A stretch of DNA of 64,000 nt from Rebecca billardiae RCC1528 (lineage: Eukaryota; Protista; Haptophyta): NCBI GenBank assembly GCA_965240325.2, contig OZ251250.1, positions 620,001 to 684,000 on the forward strand, given 5' to 3'. A program made the translations under genes and the position numbers. Positions within the stretch are counted from its first letter, which is position 1. Every line of letters begins with the position of its first letter. Of the stretch, positions 11,906 through 22,431 are shown piece after piece. The notes under the pieces are model-generated. The model searched no databases, was not told the origin of the DNA, and was given only the letters and a program-made list of their open reading frames with translations.

Positions 11906-12872
11906 TCGCAGATCTCGCATACGAGCGACATCGAGGACATCCGATGACTAGAAAGTTGAGTGCTGGGGTTCTTTTAAATATTTTGCCGACCGTCTTTAAT
12001 TACCGCTCCCCGCGCGAGGCTACTGCCCAAACGGAGTAAAAGTATTGGGGTTATTCGGAGTTCGGGCCAAGCGAGGCAAATTCGGACTGCGCGCGGTCGG
12101 GAGTTCCGGGGTGCGCCGAACTGCCCCTGGATGTGCATGCCGAGTTTGCCGACGACGACAGCCATGAGCCATCTGCCGGAAGTCCGGAGCCGCGGAGCCG
12201 CGCGCGCGGCCTAACGCCGGCCGGCAGCCTCGGAGCCTCGGCCGCGGGCGGGTCCCGGATCACTTGCTACGGTGGCCTAGTGCGGCCGTGCACACAAGCT
12301 GCAACTCTGCGACGGGGCATGAGTGGGCTTGCACGTCAATGCAATATGCATCGCACCGCCGCGCCGCGGACACTGGCGGACAGCCAGGATGGGCCGGGAC
12401 GGGCCGGCGCCGCCGCACGGGCCACTGCCGACGGACCTATGGCCCGCGGCGGGTCGAGGCGGCCCGTCGATCATCTGGGGGTGCTTTCTGCCTTGATGCA
12501 AGGCCACCGGCGTCGCCTGTCTCGGCCTGCCCGCGGCCTGCCCGGTGCCGCCCCGCGCGACGCCGGCCCCGGCGTCGCCCGCGTCCGGGCCGCGCCGCCT
12601 CGCCCTGGCCCGGTGCGCGGGCGGTGCGGCTGCCGGGCCCACCGGCCGCGGGCGCGGCGCCGCTCCGACGGTCTTAAGCTGCTAGCTAGTAGCTAGTACA
12701 TATTATTTGAGTAGTCGACTGGAACTATACTGCTGCTATAGTGAAGGGCGCGTGTTGTCCCGGCCGTAGTCAGTCATGAGTACCGTAGTGTCGCGCGGCC
12801 CGCGGGGTAGCGCCGGAACCCACCGACATCGGAGCCCGGAGAGGACACTGCCCTGATGGGAGCTGTGGATCG

Positions 12873-14792
12873 TCACTCCAGCGGCATGGTGCCATGGGGT
12901 CCGCGCTCGGTGCCACGCGGCCGGCGCGGCCCGGTGCCGGGCCGGCCCGGGCGGGGCGCCGAGCGCGACGCTGCGCCTGCGGTGGTGTGGCGCGCCTCCA
13001 GCCTGCGAGCTGGGGTGTGCGCACGCGCGGCCGCCAAGGGCGGCGCGCACGCGCACGGCTCGGCGCCTGCGTGGCGCGTGGGCGGCGCGTCCGCGCGGGC
13101 GGCGCCGGCCGAGAGCGCCGCGCCGGCGGCCGCGTGGTAAGCCACCCACAACCCGCCGCCCTCGGCACTCGCGCGCGCCGGCGGCGGATGCCGCGGCGCG
13201 CTTGCGCCCTGTGCTGCGCCTGGCTGCTGCGGCGTGTGCGCCCCGGCCGATGCGCCGAGCCGGTGCGCGGCGGGCGCATCTGGGCTCAGCCCGGCGCGAC
13301 CACGCGCGCGCACGCCCTCGGCCGCGCCACCGTGCCGCCCGGCGCGCGCCGTCGTCGCGCCAGCCTCGCCCGCGCCGCCCGCCGCGGCGTGCGCGCGCGG
13401 GCGCGCGCGCTCAGTGCTTGAGGCTCGTGCGCTGCCGTCCGCGCCGCGCGGCTTGGGCGAGCGCAGCGCATCGAGGCCGCCGTCGGACAGCGAGCGCGCC
13501 GCTGCGGAGAGCCCCTCTCGCCGCCGCTCCGCCGAGCCCGCGCGCCCACCCGAGCCGCGCGCGCCCGAGCTGCCGCCCGTCCCGCCGCTGCCGTGGAGCC
13601 GAGTGCGCGCGCTACTACCCCCGCTGCCCGCGCTCGGCGTGCGCGCGCCGAGCAGCCCGGCCTCGGCCTTGGCGGGCGAGGGCGTGAGCGGCGGCGCGGA
13701 GGCCCGGCGGCCGCCGAGCGCGCGCGCGGCCAGCCACTCGTCCCGCAGCCGCGGCCCCAGCAGGGCCAGCGCCATCAGCAGAGCGAGCAGGACCGCCAGC
13801 CACGGGCGCCGCCGCCACACGCCCAGTCTCTGCCTGACGACAGCGCCAGTGTCGGCGTGCGCGCGGCGCAGGCGCGGGCTGGGCGGCGGCGGCGGCGGCG
13901 GCGGGCTGCGCGGGCGCGGCGGCGACGGCGGCGACGGCGGCGGCGGCAGCCTCGGCGGCGCCGCCGGCGGCGCCGCCGGCGGCCTCGGCGGCGCCGAGGG
14001 CGGCGGCGGCGGAGCATAGCCCATAACTAATTTACCCACGAATAGGACTGGCGGTGGCCACGGCGGCGGCGGGAGCGACGGCGGCGCGGGCGGCGGCGGC
14101 GGCGAGGGCGGCGGCGGCGGCGGCGGCGAGATGTGGCACGCCTCGCGCGGCGGGCCGATGTCGCAGCAGTCCCACTTCGCGAAGTGGCCGCCCCGCGACG
14201 TAGTGAAACACCAAGCGCAAGCCCAGCCGCCCGGCCGCCTGCAGTAGTTGTGGTCGCCCAGCCCGTACTTGGCGTACTTGTCGAGCGGCCAGTACGGGTG
14301 CGCGTGCGGGTACTGCGTCGACCAGCGCTGGCACACGTGCCCGTTCGCGGTCACGTTCTTCGTGCCGCGGTAGTCGCTGCCGTCGTGAGCCATATAGCAC
14401 TCTTCGGCCGGAGGCGGCGGCGGCGAGGGCGGAGACGGCGGCGCCGGCGGCGGCGAGGGCGGCGGCGGCGAGCGCGGCGGCGGGGGGAAGGGGAGCGGCG
14501 GGGGAGATGGCGATGGGGGCGGTGGGCGCGGCGACGGGGGCGGCGAGGAGGGAGGCGGCGGCAGCGACGGCGGCGCGGATGGCGGCGGCGTCAGCGGCGG
14601 CGGCGGCCGCGCAGGCGGCCACGGGGGCCAAGGCGGCGGCGGCGACGTCTCGCGCGCCGGCGAGAGGACGGCGGCGTGCGCGCTGCCACCTCGAGCCACC
14701 GGACCATCCGCTGCGCACGCCAGGAACGCCGTCAGCACGCTCCACACGAGCCTCGGCCCCAGGCGCCGCCTCTTGAAGCGGGCGGCCACCAT
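12873..14792 (-). CDS. Kringle-domain, Ser-Pro-rich (extensin-like) membrane protein
   Basis: N-terminal hydrophobic segment. SPPPP-rich tracts flank a kringle (CYMAHDGSDYRGTKNVTANGHVCQRW..HNYCRRPGG..AWCFT..WDCCDI..C). A TM helix WLAVLLALLMALALLG follows. The 3' exon structure is uncertain. Confidence 0.88.
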   Translation of the reverse strand: MVAARFKRRRLGPRLVWSVLTAFLACAADGPVARGGSAHAAVLSPARETSPPPPWPPWPPARPPPPLTPPPSAPPSLPPPPSSPPPSPRPPPPSPSPPPLPFPPPPRSPPPPSPPPAPPSPPSPPPPPAEECYMAHDGSDYRGTKNVTANGHVCQRWSTQYPHAHPYWPLDKYAKYGLGDHNYCRRPGGWACAWCFTTSRGGHFAKWDCCDIGPPREACHISPPPPPPPSPPPPPAPPSLPPPPWPPPVLFVGKLVMGYAPPPPPSAPPRPPAAPPAAPPRLPPPPSPPSPPRPRSPPPPPPPPSPRLRRAHADTGAVVRQRLGVWRRRPWLAVLLALLMALALLGPRLRDEWLAARALGGRRASAPPLTPSPAKAEAGLLGARTPSAGSGGSSARTRLHGSGGTGGSSGARGSGGRAGSAERRREGLSAAARSLSDGGLDALRSPKPRGADGSARASSTERARPRAHAAAGGAGEAGATTARAGRHGGAAEGVRARGRAGLSPDAPAAHRLGASAGAHTPQQPGAAQGASAPRHPPPARASAEGGGLWVAYHAAAGAALSAGAARADAPPTRHAGAEPCACAPPLAAARAHTPARRLEARHTTAGAASRSAPRPGRPGTGPRRPRGTERGPHGTMPLE

Positions 14793-14963
14793 ATTGTCAT
14801 TCGTTGCCCACCCTGCAGCTTTGAGTCAAACTCATCCCTCAAAGCTCAAGCGGGGCTCTCAAGCGGAGGCTGACGAAGCGGACAGTACTGAAAGTCCGGG
14901 AAGCACTCCGGGAGCCGTGTTGGGCTTGTTCCGGCTGGAGCTGCTGACGGCCAACAACGACGC

Positions 14964-16197
14964 ATGCCGCGCGATCCCCACCGGCGCGACGTTCGCGATA
15001 TCGGCTGGGGCGGCGTGCGCGCCGCGGCGCAGCACTTTCCGTACAGAGGCGTCATAGTCGCCCTCGCGTGGACGGCGCTCGTGCGCTTCGCCCTGCCCGC
15101 CGCCCTGCCCGCAAACCATGACGCCGAGGCCCTGAGAGAGATCGAGCAGCGCGCGCACGCGCTCGGGCAGGGGCTCGTGGGCGTGGGCGGGTACCTCGCG
15201 CTGCTCCTCGGCGCGCGGCTGCACGTCTCGTACGGGCGCTGGTGGGAGGGCAGGAGCGCGTGGGGGCAGCTCATCTACCTCGCCATCCACCTGGCCCACC
15301 AGCTCGTCGCGGCCGTGCGCCCCGCGGAGCGGCGGACGCGCATGCTCGCACTGCTCGCCGCGTACCCGTACGCGTGTGCCGAGCACCTGCACAACATGGC
15401 GCGTGCGCCGAGCGAGCGCCGGCCCTTCGACCCCTCCGACCTGGCCCCGCGCTTGCGAGCGCACCTCGCGGACGCAGACGTGCTCGGCGCGAGCGGCCGA
15501 GGCGCTCACGGCGCGTGGGGCCCGCACAGCTGCCTCGTCGCACTCCGGGAGGAAATCACGCGCGCGTTCGGCGGCGGCGAGGGCGGTGAGAGCAGCGAGG
15601 GCGGCGAGAGCGGGCCGGTGCTGCGCATCCCGCACGCGCTGCAGCCCGCCGCCTTCATGGGCATCGACACATCCCTGAGCCAGCTCGCCGGCTGCGTGGG
15701 GATCTCGATCAAGCTACAGGCCACTCCGATGCCCCAGGTGTACGACCTCTGGCTCACGGCGGCGGTCTGGGTCTATCTCGCGCTCGCGCCGTTCGCGATG
15801 GTTCTCGCGCTCGGCTCGGCGGCGATCGTCGTCATCGGCATCGTCGCGTGGCTCCTGCTCGCCGTGCTCGGCACTGTGCGCGCGCTGCCCGCGCCCGCAG
15901 CGCGCGTCCGCCCCACACTCGCCCCGCCATGGGCGCCAGGTGGCCCCGCACCCGCGACTGATCGGACTCGGCCTGCTACGGCCAACGGCGCACTTGCGCG
16001 TTCGCACCGGCGCGCGCGGTCCGCAGGCGCGCGCGATGGAGGCGCCGTTCGGGTACGCGGTCGGTGTGGACCTGCCGCTGTACACATTCGCCGAGCTCGT
16101 GCAGGCACAGGTGCTTGCTGCCGACCTGGGCACTACCGCCCCGGCAGCCGCAGCAGCCGCAGGCGGTGTGGGCGGTGCCGTGCTCGGTGCTGATTGA
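14964..16197 (+). CDS. Bestrophin-family (YneE/UPF0187-type) anion channel, 2 exons
   Basis: LALLLGARLHVSYGRWWEGRSAWGQL and ATPMPQVY motifs. After intron 15876-16026 it reads ARAMEAPFG..DLPL. Confidence 0.88.
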
Positions 16198-16444
16198 CAA
16201 CGGCGCGACGGCACTGCTGTGAGCCTACTCGCTGACCGTATACGCCCGCGTATACGGATTACGGTTGCCACTCTCAGCCATGACGGTACAACCGGCTCTG
16301 TGCTCAGACAGGCCGTCCGGTTCGTCAGACTCGACGAGTCCAGACGACCAGATGCCTACGACATATCGCATATCCGGTGCATATCGCGGTTATTATTAGC
16401 GCAGTATGTACTAGCGCAATAATTAAATATTACTACTATACTAT

Positions 16445-17259
16445 TAAAGCACCCTGCTGTCACACCCGACTCCTTCAATACTCCGAGCTCCGCGGCACGA
16501 CTCACTCGGCACGATCGCGGACGGGTCGGATCCGAGCTGATCAGCCAGAGTTGGACACAGTTTGGCAGCTACTAGTATAGTAATTCCGATGCCGATGGCA
16601 CGATCGCGGACGGGTCGGGTCCGAGCTGATCAGCCAGTTGGACATTTGGCAGCTAGTTGTCAGACGGACGTCCGATTTGACGACCGGTGCCGGGTGCGGT
16701 CTCAGGTCCGCTGCTGTGATTGTGTGAAGTGTGAATGAGTCTCGCGGTCGCGCAGGCAGGGCGACGGTCGGACTAATATATAGTAATGACCGCGTTCCGC
16801 GGTCCTTTTCTGCATAGAATCAACGCAGTTGGGGGCCCGCGGTGGCCGTGCAATCGCGGCTCTCCGCCGTAGTGGCAGTTCGCCAGTTGAAGTCGGTTCT
16901 GAGATGACTGAAGCTATATATTAGTCCGACCGTCGCCCTGCCTGCGCGACCGCGAGACTCATTCACACTTCACACAATCACAGCAGCGGACCTGAGACCG
17001 CACCCGGCACCGGTCGTCAAATCGGACGTCCGTCTGACAACTAGCTGCCAAATGTCCAACTGGCTGATCAGCTCGGACCCGACCCGTCCGCGATCGTGCC
17101 ATCGGCATCGGAATTACTACTAGTAGCTGCCAAACTGTGTCCAACTCTGGCTGATCTGAGTGATCAGCTCGGATCCGACCCGTCCGCGATCGTGCCGAGT
17201 GAGTCGTGCCGCGGAGCTCGGAGTATTGAAGGAGTCGGGTGTGACAGCAGGGTGCTTTA
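16445..17259. repeat. Long inverted repeat: arms 16445-16783 and 16914-17259, 130-bp spacer
   Basis: The right arm is the reverse complement of the left arm apart from two small indels. Each arm carries an internal duplication of ggcacgatcgcggacgggtcgg.tccgagctgatc. Confidence 0.97.
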
Positions 17260-18531
17260 GCGCTGCGGCCCGTGCCAGCCAACGACCAGACGTACTCTGG
17301 CCACTTGACCCGTTGCACGGGTGAGTGACCGTACGCCCTGCCTAGTGCCTACCGCGCGCGCCGCGCGACCGGCGACTCGGGGTGATGGAGAGCGGATGGC
17401 GACAGCAGCAGCAGTCCTCATGAAGACGATGAAACTGGCGGCACGGGTGCACGAGGTGGCAGGCGAAAGCGCGCCGACGAGACCGCATTTGACACACCTG
17501 AGCCGCACGCGCGTGCCGTCGCCGAGCCGGCGAGCGGCGAGCGCTGCAAACGCGCAACCGTACCGCGCGCGCCACGACGGCGCGGCACTAGCTGATGCCG
17601 CCTGATGCAGGCCGTACTGCCGGCACTGCTTCTGCGATCATGCGCCACGGTCGCAGCTGACTGCGTGAGCAGCAAGCGGGAGGCGGGTCCGGAGGCACGT
17701 GCAGGCGCCGTCCCGCATATCCGCCATCGCCCATCGTGCCGGGGCACGTCACCTCCGACGATCCGGATGTGGCCCAGTCCGGACGTCACGCGATCCGGGA
17801 AGACGAGTACGATTCGCTCGTAACGAACCGTTACACTAATGTCACGTCCAGCTGACGTCCAGATCGCACTTTACTTAAGGGAATCAGCTGGGCGCGCTTT
17901 TTTTTGGCCTGATAGACCTCTCAATGCGATCTCAAAAACTCGAAACTCGGTCTCCGCCAGCCCTAAAAATCGCCCCCCGTCCCTTTTTTTCCGCCGCCCC
18001 CCGTCCCTTTTTTCTTGATCAAAGATCTTTTTGAAACGTGGTTCGGGCCCGCTGGTGCGGGCTCCACGCTGCGCGCTCCGCCCTGCACCGCGGGCCATAA
18101 TAATATATATATCTCGTATTATTTATTTATATATAATAGTTCATTGGTCGGCGACGACAGTCGACAGACAGACTAGCTCGCGGAGTCGGTTAAATTGTCG
18201 TCATCACTTGGAGCCTGCACGCGGGCAGCAGTGCTGAGGCACTCGGCACGCCTGCACAGTGCACGCGCGCCGCACCGCGTCGGCGTAGTACTAGTAGAAG
18301 ACGAAGTAGACGTCAGCAAAGTAACGCGACCGTAGTATAGTCGCGTCGTTGTTCGTCGTCCGGTATCAATGTCCGAGAAGCGCGCCCGAGGCTAGTAGCG
18401 CCAGCGGGCGATGTCGGCATCAAGAGTGAGTGCAACGTGACCGGCCCTGCCGGCACGCGTCCGACAGACCCGATCCGGTTCAAAGGCGGCATGGCGCTGC
18501 CCGACCTCGTTGATCGAGCCCGTGCTGGTGC

Positions 18532-19062
18532 TCATGGTGCATGATGGATCATCATTGGATGATGCAGGCGCCAGTGGTCGGAGACGGAGTTCGCAGTGAC
18601 AGTGTCCGATCTAGTGGACATCGTGTCGTCGACGCCGGGTCCATCTTTGAGGTGCATGCCGCGAAGGAGATGGGTGGGTAACCGTGGTGACGACCAGCGC
18701 TGCGTGGGCGCCTCGAGGCTGAGCCAGAAGCTGCCGAGCGCGAGGATGCACACAGAGCCGCGTGCCGCAATACCAGCGACCGCAAATCCTACGTTTGCCA
18801 CCGCCCTGAGCGCGTTGTTACGACGCTCGAGGTAGCTGCACTCGAGCGGCCGCGGGAAGACGTCTGGGCGGCCTTGGTGAGCGCAGAACGCCTCGAGACG
18901 GTTCGCCTCCACGTTTGCGTGCATCCCTACAGCGCAACCGAGCAGGACGATGCACAGAGAGACAGTGAGGCAGCCGCACAGCAGCATCTTCTTCTTCATC
19001 ACGACGGACTCCTTCTTGCCTGCGCACTCCGAGCGCGCGTGTGGGGTGTGGGCACGCAGCAT
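18532..19062 (-). CDS. Orphan small 2-TM membrane protein (paralogue of 32051-32911)
   Basis: Shares LLCGCLTVS, RLExxC, GFAxAGIAARGxVCILAxGxxWLS and SPRLPTHLLRGMH with the 32-kb ORF. Confidence 0.7.
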   Translation of the reverse strand: MLRAHTPHARSECAGKKESVVMKKKMLLCGCLTVSLCIVLLGCAVGMHANVEANRLEAFCAHQGRPDVFPRPLECSYLERRNNALRAVANVGFAVAGIAARGSVCILALGSFWLSLEAPTQRWSSPRLPTHLLRGMHLKDGPGVDDTMSTRSDTVTANSVSDHWRLHHPMMIHHAP

Positions 19063-19773
19063 CAGTGCATCACGCCACCATCGGGAGCGTCAGGCGCAGG
19101 AGGTGGGGGCGATACCCCATCCAGCCCCCATCCAGTCGGTGCGCGCACTCGGTCCGTTGCCCGTGGAGCCCGACGAGCCTGAGCTCGCCGTCATCGGCCA
19201 TCATCGGCCATCGGCAGGGCGGCGGTGCGTGCGCACTGCGCGCGGGACGCCTTCGGCTACGTTTTCGCGAGCGTACCACGGCGGCGGGGCTCGGCGGGCT
19301 TCTCAGCGTCAGTGTGGTCACGCACGGTACGTACATCGCACACGTCGATGCATGTGGTGGCTGGGGCGCACTCGTTCGCCAGTGTCGGCATGACCTCGAC
19401 GGACGCGCCGGGTCTCGGGACCGCCGCGGCCCGCGCGCCCGCGTCTGGATGGCGTCAAGTGTGCACGTGAAAACATAGTAAGCTGTAATCAATCGCCAAG
19501 TAGACTGATTCGTATTGTGCGTCCCTGATTCTTTAGAAACATAGCTAGCCCAAACTGTGAGACTGGTGATCGGCGATTGGTCGAGCTGAGCGTAATCCAG
19601 TTTACATACAGTACCTCCACGTACTCCGTTTTTTTAAACCGCACAGTAGTCAGTAGTGCAGAATCACTGCAAATCTCCAATCAGCAGGCCTGAATGCCCT
19701 GATCCATCAGATTCTTATCGGTTGGAACATGATGACTGGCGGGCGCCGTGCGGAGAATCACTCAGAATCTGCC

Positions 19774-19867
19774 TTTCCAGGTCTCTCTTCGGCTGGAGCG
19801 TGCGATGAAGGATGGCGCGGCAACCTGCCACCGTGAGCCTTACGTACGTTAAAACAAATAAACTGTA
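19774..19867 (+). repeat. About 90-bp repeat, uninterrupted copy (empty insertion site)
   Basis: tttccaggtctctcttcgg...ccgtgagccttacgtacgttaaaacaaaTAAactgta matches 21783-21868 joined to 25407-25412. Confidence 0.93.
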
Positions 19868-22431
19868 TGTATCACTTGTTGGCCGCGTGGAAGTACGCGC
19901 GCGAGGGCGGCCGCGGGCGCGATTGATGCCTGGGACCTCAACGACAACTCACATGACGAGACGTTCTCTTCTGATGCCGACGATGGCCCTCCAGAGGTGA
20001 CCGCGCTCGACGACGGTCGTGATTTGGCTGACTGCGGCGCTGCGCGGCGTGAGGCGGAGGAAAGCGGCGCGGTGCAGGGCCTCGAGCGGGCTGTGGCGAT
20101 GGAGCAACTTATCATCGTCAACGTCATCGCCCCGAGTGCCACCGCGCTGCCGCACGCCACGCCAGTTGCACCAGTGCAAGCTACGCGCGGCCGCTGCGGC
20201 ACGAGCCGGAGGCGTGGCCAGCAGCGCGGTGGCCGCGGTGCCTGGGCGCAGGGCGTTGCAGGTGCGACCAGCGCGCCGCTGCCATCGCGCGCTCGCCAAC
20301 GGTTGATGGAGTCGCGAATGCCGTACGTCCCGCCGACTAGCCCGCCCTGTGTGCTGTCGCAGTGACCCCTCAGTGCTGTTGGTCGTCCCGGACGACGAGC
20401 CCGAGCGCGTCGCTGAGCGTGTCACTCAAAACGTGACGTCAGTCGTGGACGGCTCTCTCAGTCTCTGACGCGCGCGGCCGGCTTGCTGCCCATTAAGTCA
20501 ATCATGTTGGGCACCTCATGGGGCACCTCTGGCTGAAGTCTTAGCCTCTGAGGTCTCGAACATAGCCGGCCTGTTTTATTTCTACGAGAGCCCAACGGCG
20601 ACATTCGCCAAAACCGGGTAAAATGGCGGCTTGCCCGCTGGTGGTGGGTGCCGACGCAATTGCGGAGTAGGGATGGCACGTCGTTGGCGCATGTTCGTAC
20701 TAGGGCGCTGAGCTGTAGCGAAAGGTGTTGCCAAGGCATGCTGCTTAGCCTTGCCATGGTGCTTCGCCATGACACAGAGGTCACTCGCAGCGCACGGCGG
20801 TGTGACGATCGCCGCGGCGCCGCGGCGGCAAACCGCAGTTGCGGGCGCGCTGCGAGCTGCAAGCACTCTGCCTTGGCTGCGTCGCGCCCGTGTCAGTTGT
20901 TGAACCAGGATTGTTGAACAACCGATGGGCTGCAAACGATACCAGCTACACTCGCTCCGCCGCCACTTCCTTGTCGAGCGTGAGATGCTTCCGTTGCGTG
21001 CGCTCGCATGCAGCTTGCCGCCTGCATTTGAACGTGGTCACGGCAGGTTGGTGGGCTGGTTGCTCAGGCCTCCTCGGCGTAGATGACGACAGGGTGCGTG
21101 CCACGCGCACCCATGACGCGGGAAAGGCGTGCACACGCGTCCTCGCGCATCTGGCAGGCTGCAGTCTTGGCCAAGATGATGCCAGAACAAGCCTGCCAGT
21201 GCCTCGCCGCGCGGGCGCGAGCGCGCAGAGAGATCTGGCTTCTGACCCGTGCTCTTCAGTGTACCTCGTGTGCGACGACGACGAGGCGGACGAGCGCCGC
21301 AACTGGATTCCTGCACTCACCGGTCACCGAGGAGTGCAGGAATCGCATTCCTCGCGCACGCTGGGGCCGCCATTGGCCGTGAGAGGTACACTGAACGGGG
21401 CGTGACACCGATTCCCACTGGCGGGCACGGGTTTGTCGCCGTGACATAGTAAATGGAATCTGGTAGAAATAAAACAGGCCAGCCGCAGCGCTAGCGTGCT
21501 ACCGGCACCCTCAAAAGGAAGATACGCTAGCGTCCTTCGACTTTTGGACGGTTCCGCGGCGGGCCTCGCGGACGGACGGTCGCCTCGGCCGCCCTGCCGG
21601 GCACCTGACGCTCAAATAACCCGAGCGGGTCCCAAGGTTTTCGAGTAGGTCGCTGAACGCATTTGCCGCCGCTGGGGCCGAGGTCTAAAGACCAAGCGAT
21701 TGCGGCGTTTTTCGCGATTTTAGTTGTGGTCGTCGGAAGCCCGGATGAAGGACGCTAAGCTGTATGGGTTCAAAACCAGTAGTTTCCAGGTCTCTCTTCG
21801 GAGAGCGTGCGATGAAGGATGGCGCGGCAACCTGCCACCGTGAGCCTTACGCACGTTAAAACAAATAACACAGCAACGATTTCTTTTTTAAAGCGGCCGT
21901 TAAGGAAACTCCAACAAATGAATTTTCGGCCGTTAACGGCTGAATCTGGTGGTCCGGGCCAAATCCCGAGAGCGTTCGTCGCTCGGCGTCGCACGGACGC
22001 CGTCGCAGGGCTTGGCGAGCGGACGTTCGACTCGCGGTGCGAGCGCGCGCCGTGCGTGCGCGTGTGGCGGCGTCCACGTCGCCGCTGCGCCACCGGTGCT
22101 CTAATCGCGGGTGTTCCCCAACCTATCCCCCGCCTGCCCCGCACCCGCTCCGCGTCCCGACGCGCCACACCGATCTACTTTGCTAGGTCTGTTCGTAACA
22201 CGGTGCGAATTCGCGCCCGCCCGCACGCCGCTGCGCGCGGGGATGCAGGAAGTGTATGGAGGGGCGCGGAGTTGTTATTCAGGCGGCGGGTTACTCGTGA
22301 TGCACGCACATGCGCAGCGGGAACGCTTACTTTTGCATGGGTGACCGGGAATTTGCATCAGACTAACTTGCGGCGGCTGCGGCCGGCCCGGCCGCGCCGC
22401 ACCGCGCTCGCCGCGCGCAGCAATGGCGACG

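Noticed and set aside
17870-18100. TTAA-bounded (Kolobok/piggyBac-like) element end
   Set aside because: It looks like a transposon terminus, but no convincing partner TIR was found in the window.
19950-21450. Short ORFs between the two 90-bp repeats
   Set aside because: No recognisable motifs and no consistent coding frame.
19774-21868. Direct repeats as LTRs of a 2-kb retroelement
   Set aside because: There are no TG...CA ends, PBS/PPT or retroelement ORF between them. They are better explained as two copies of a short repeat, one interrupted.
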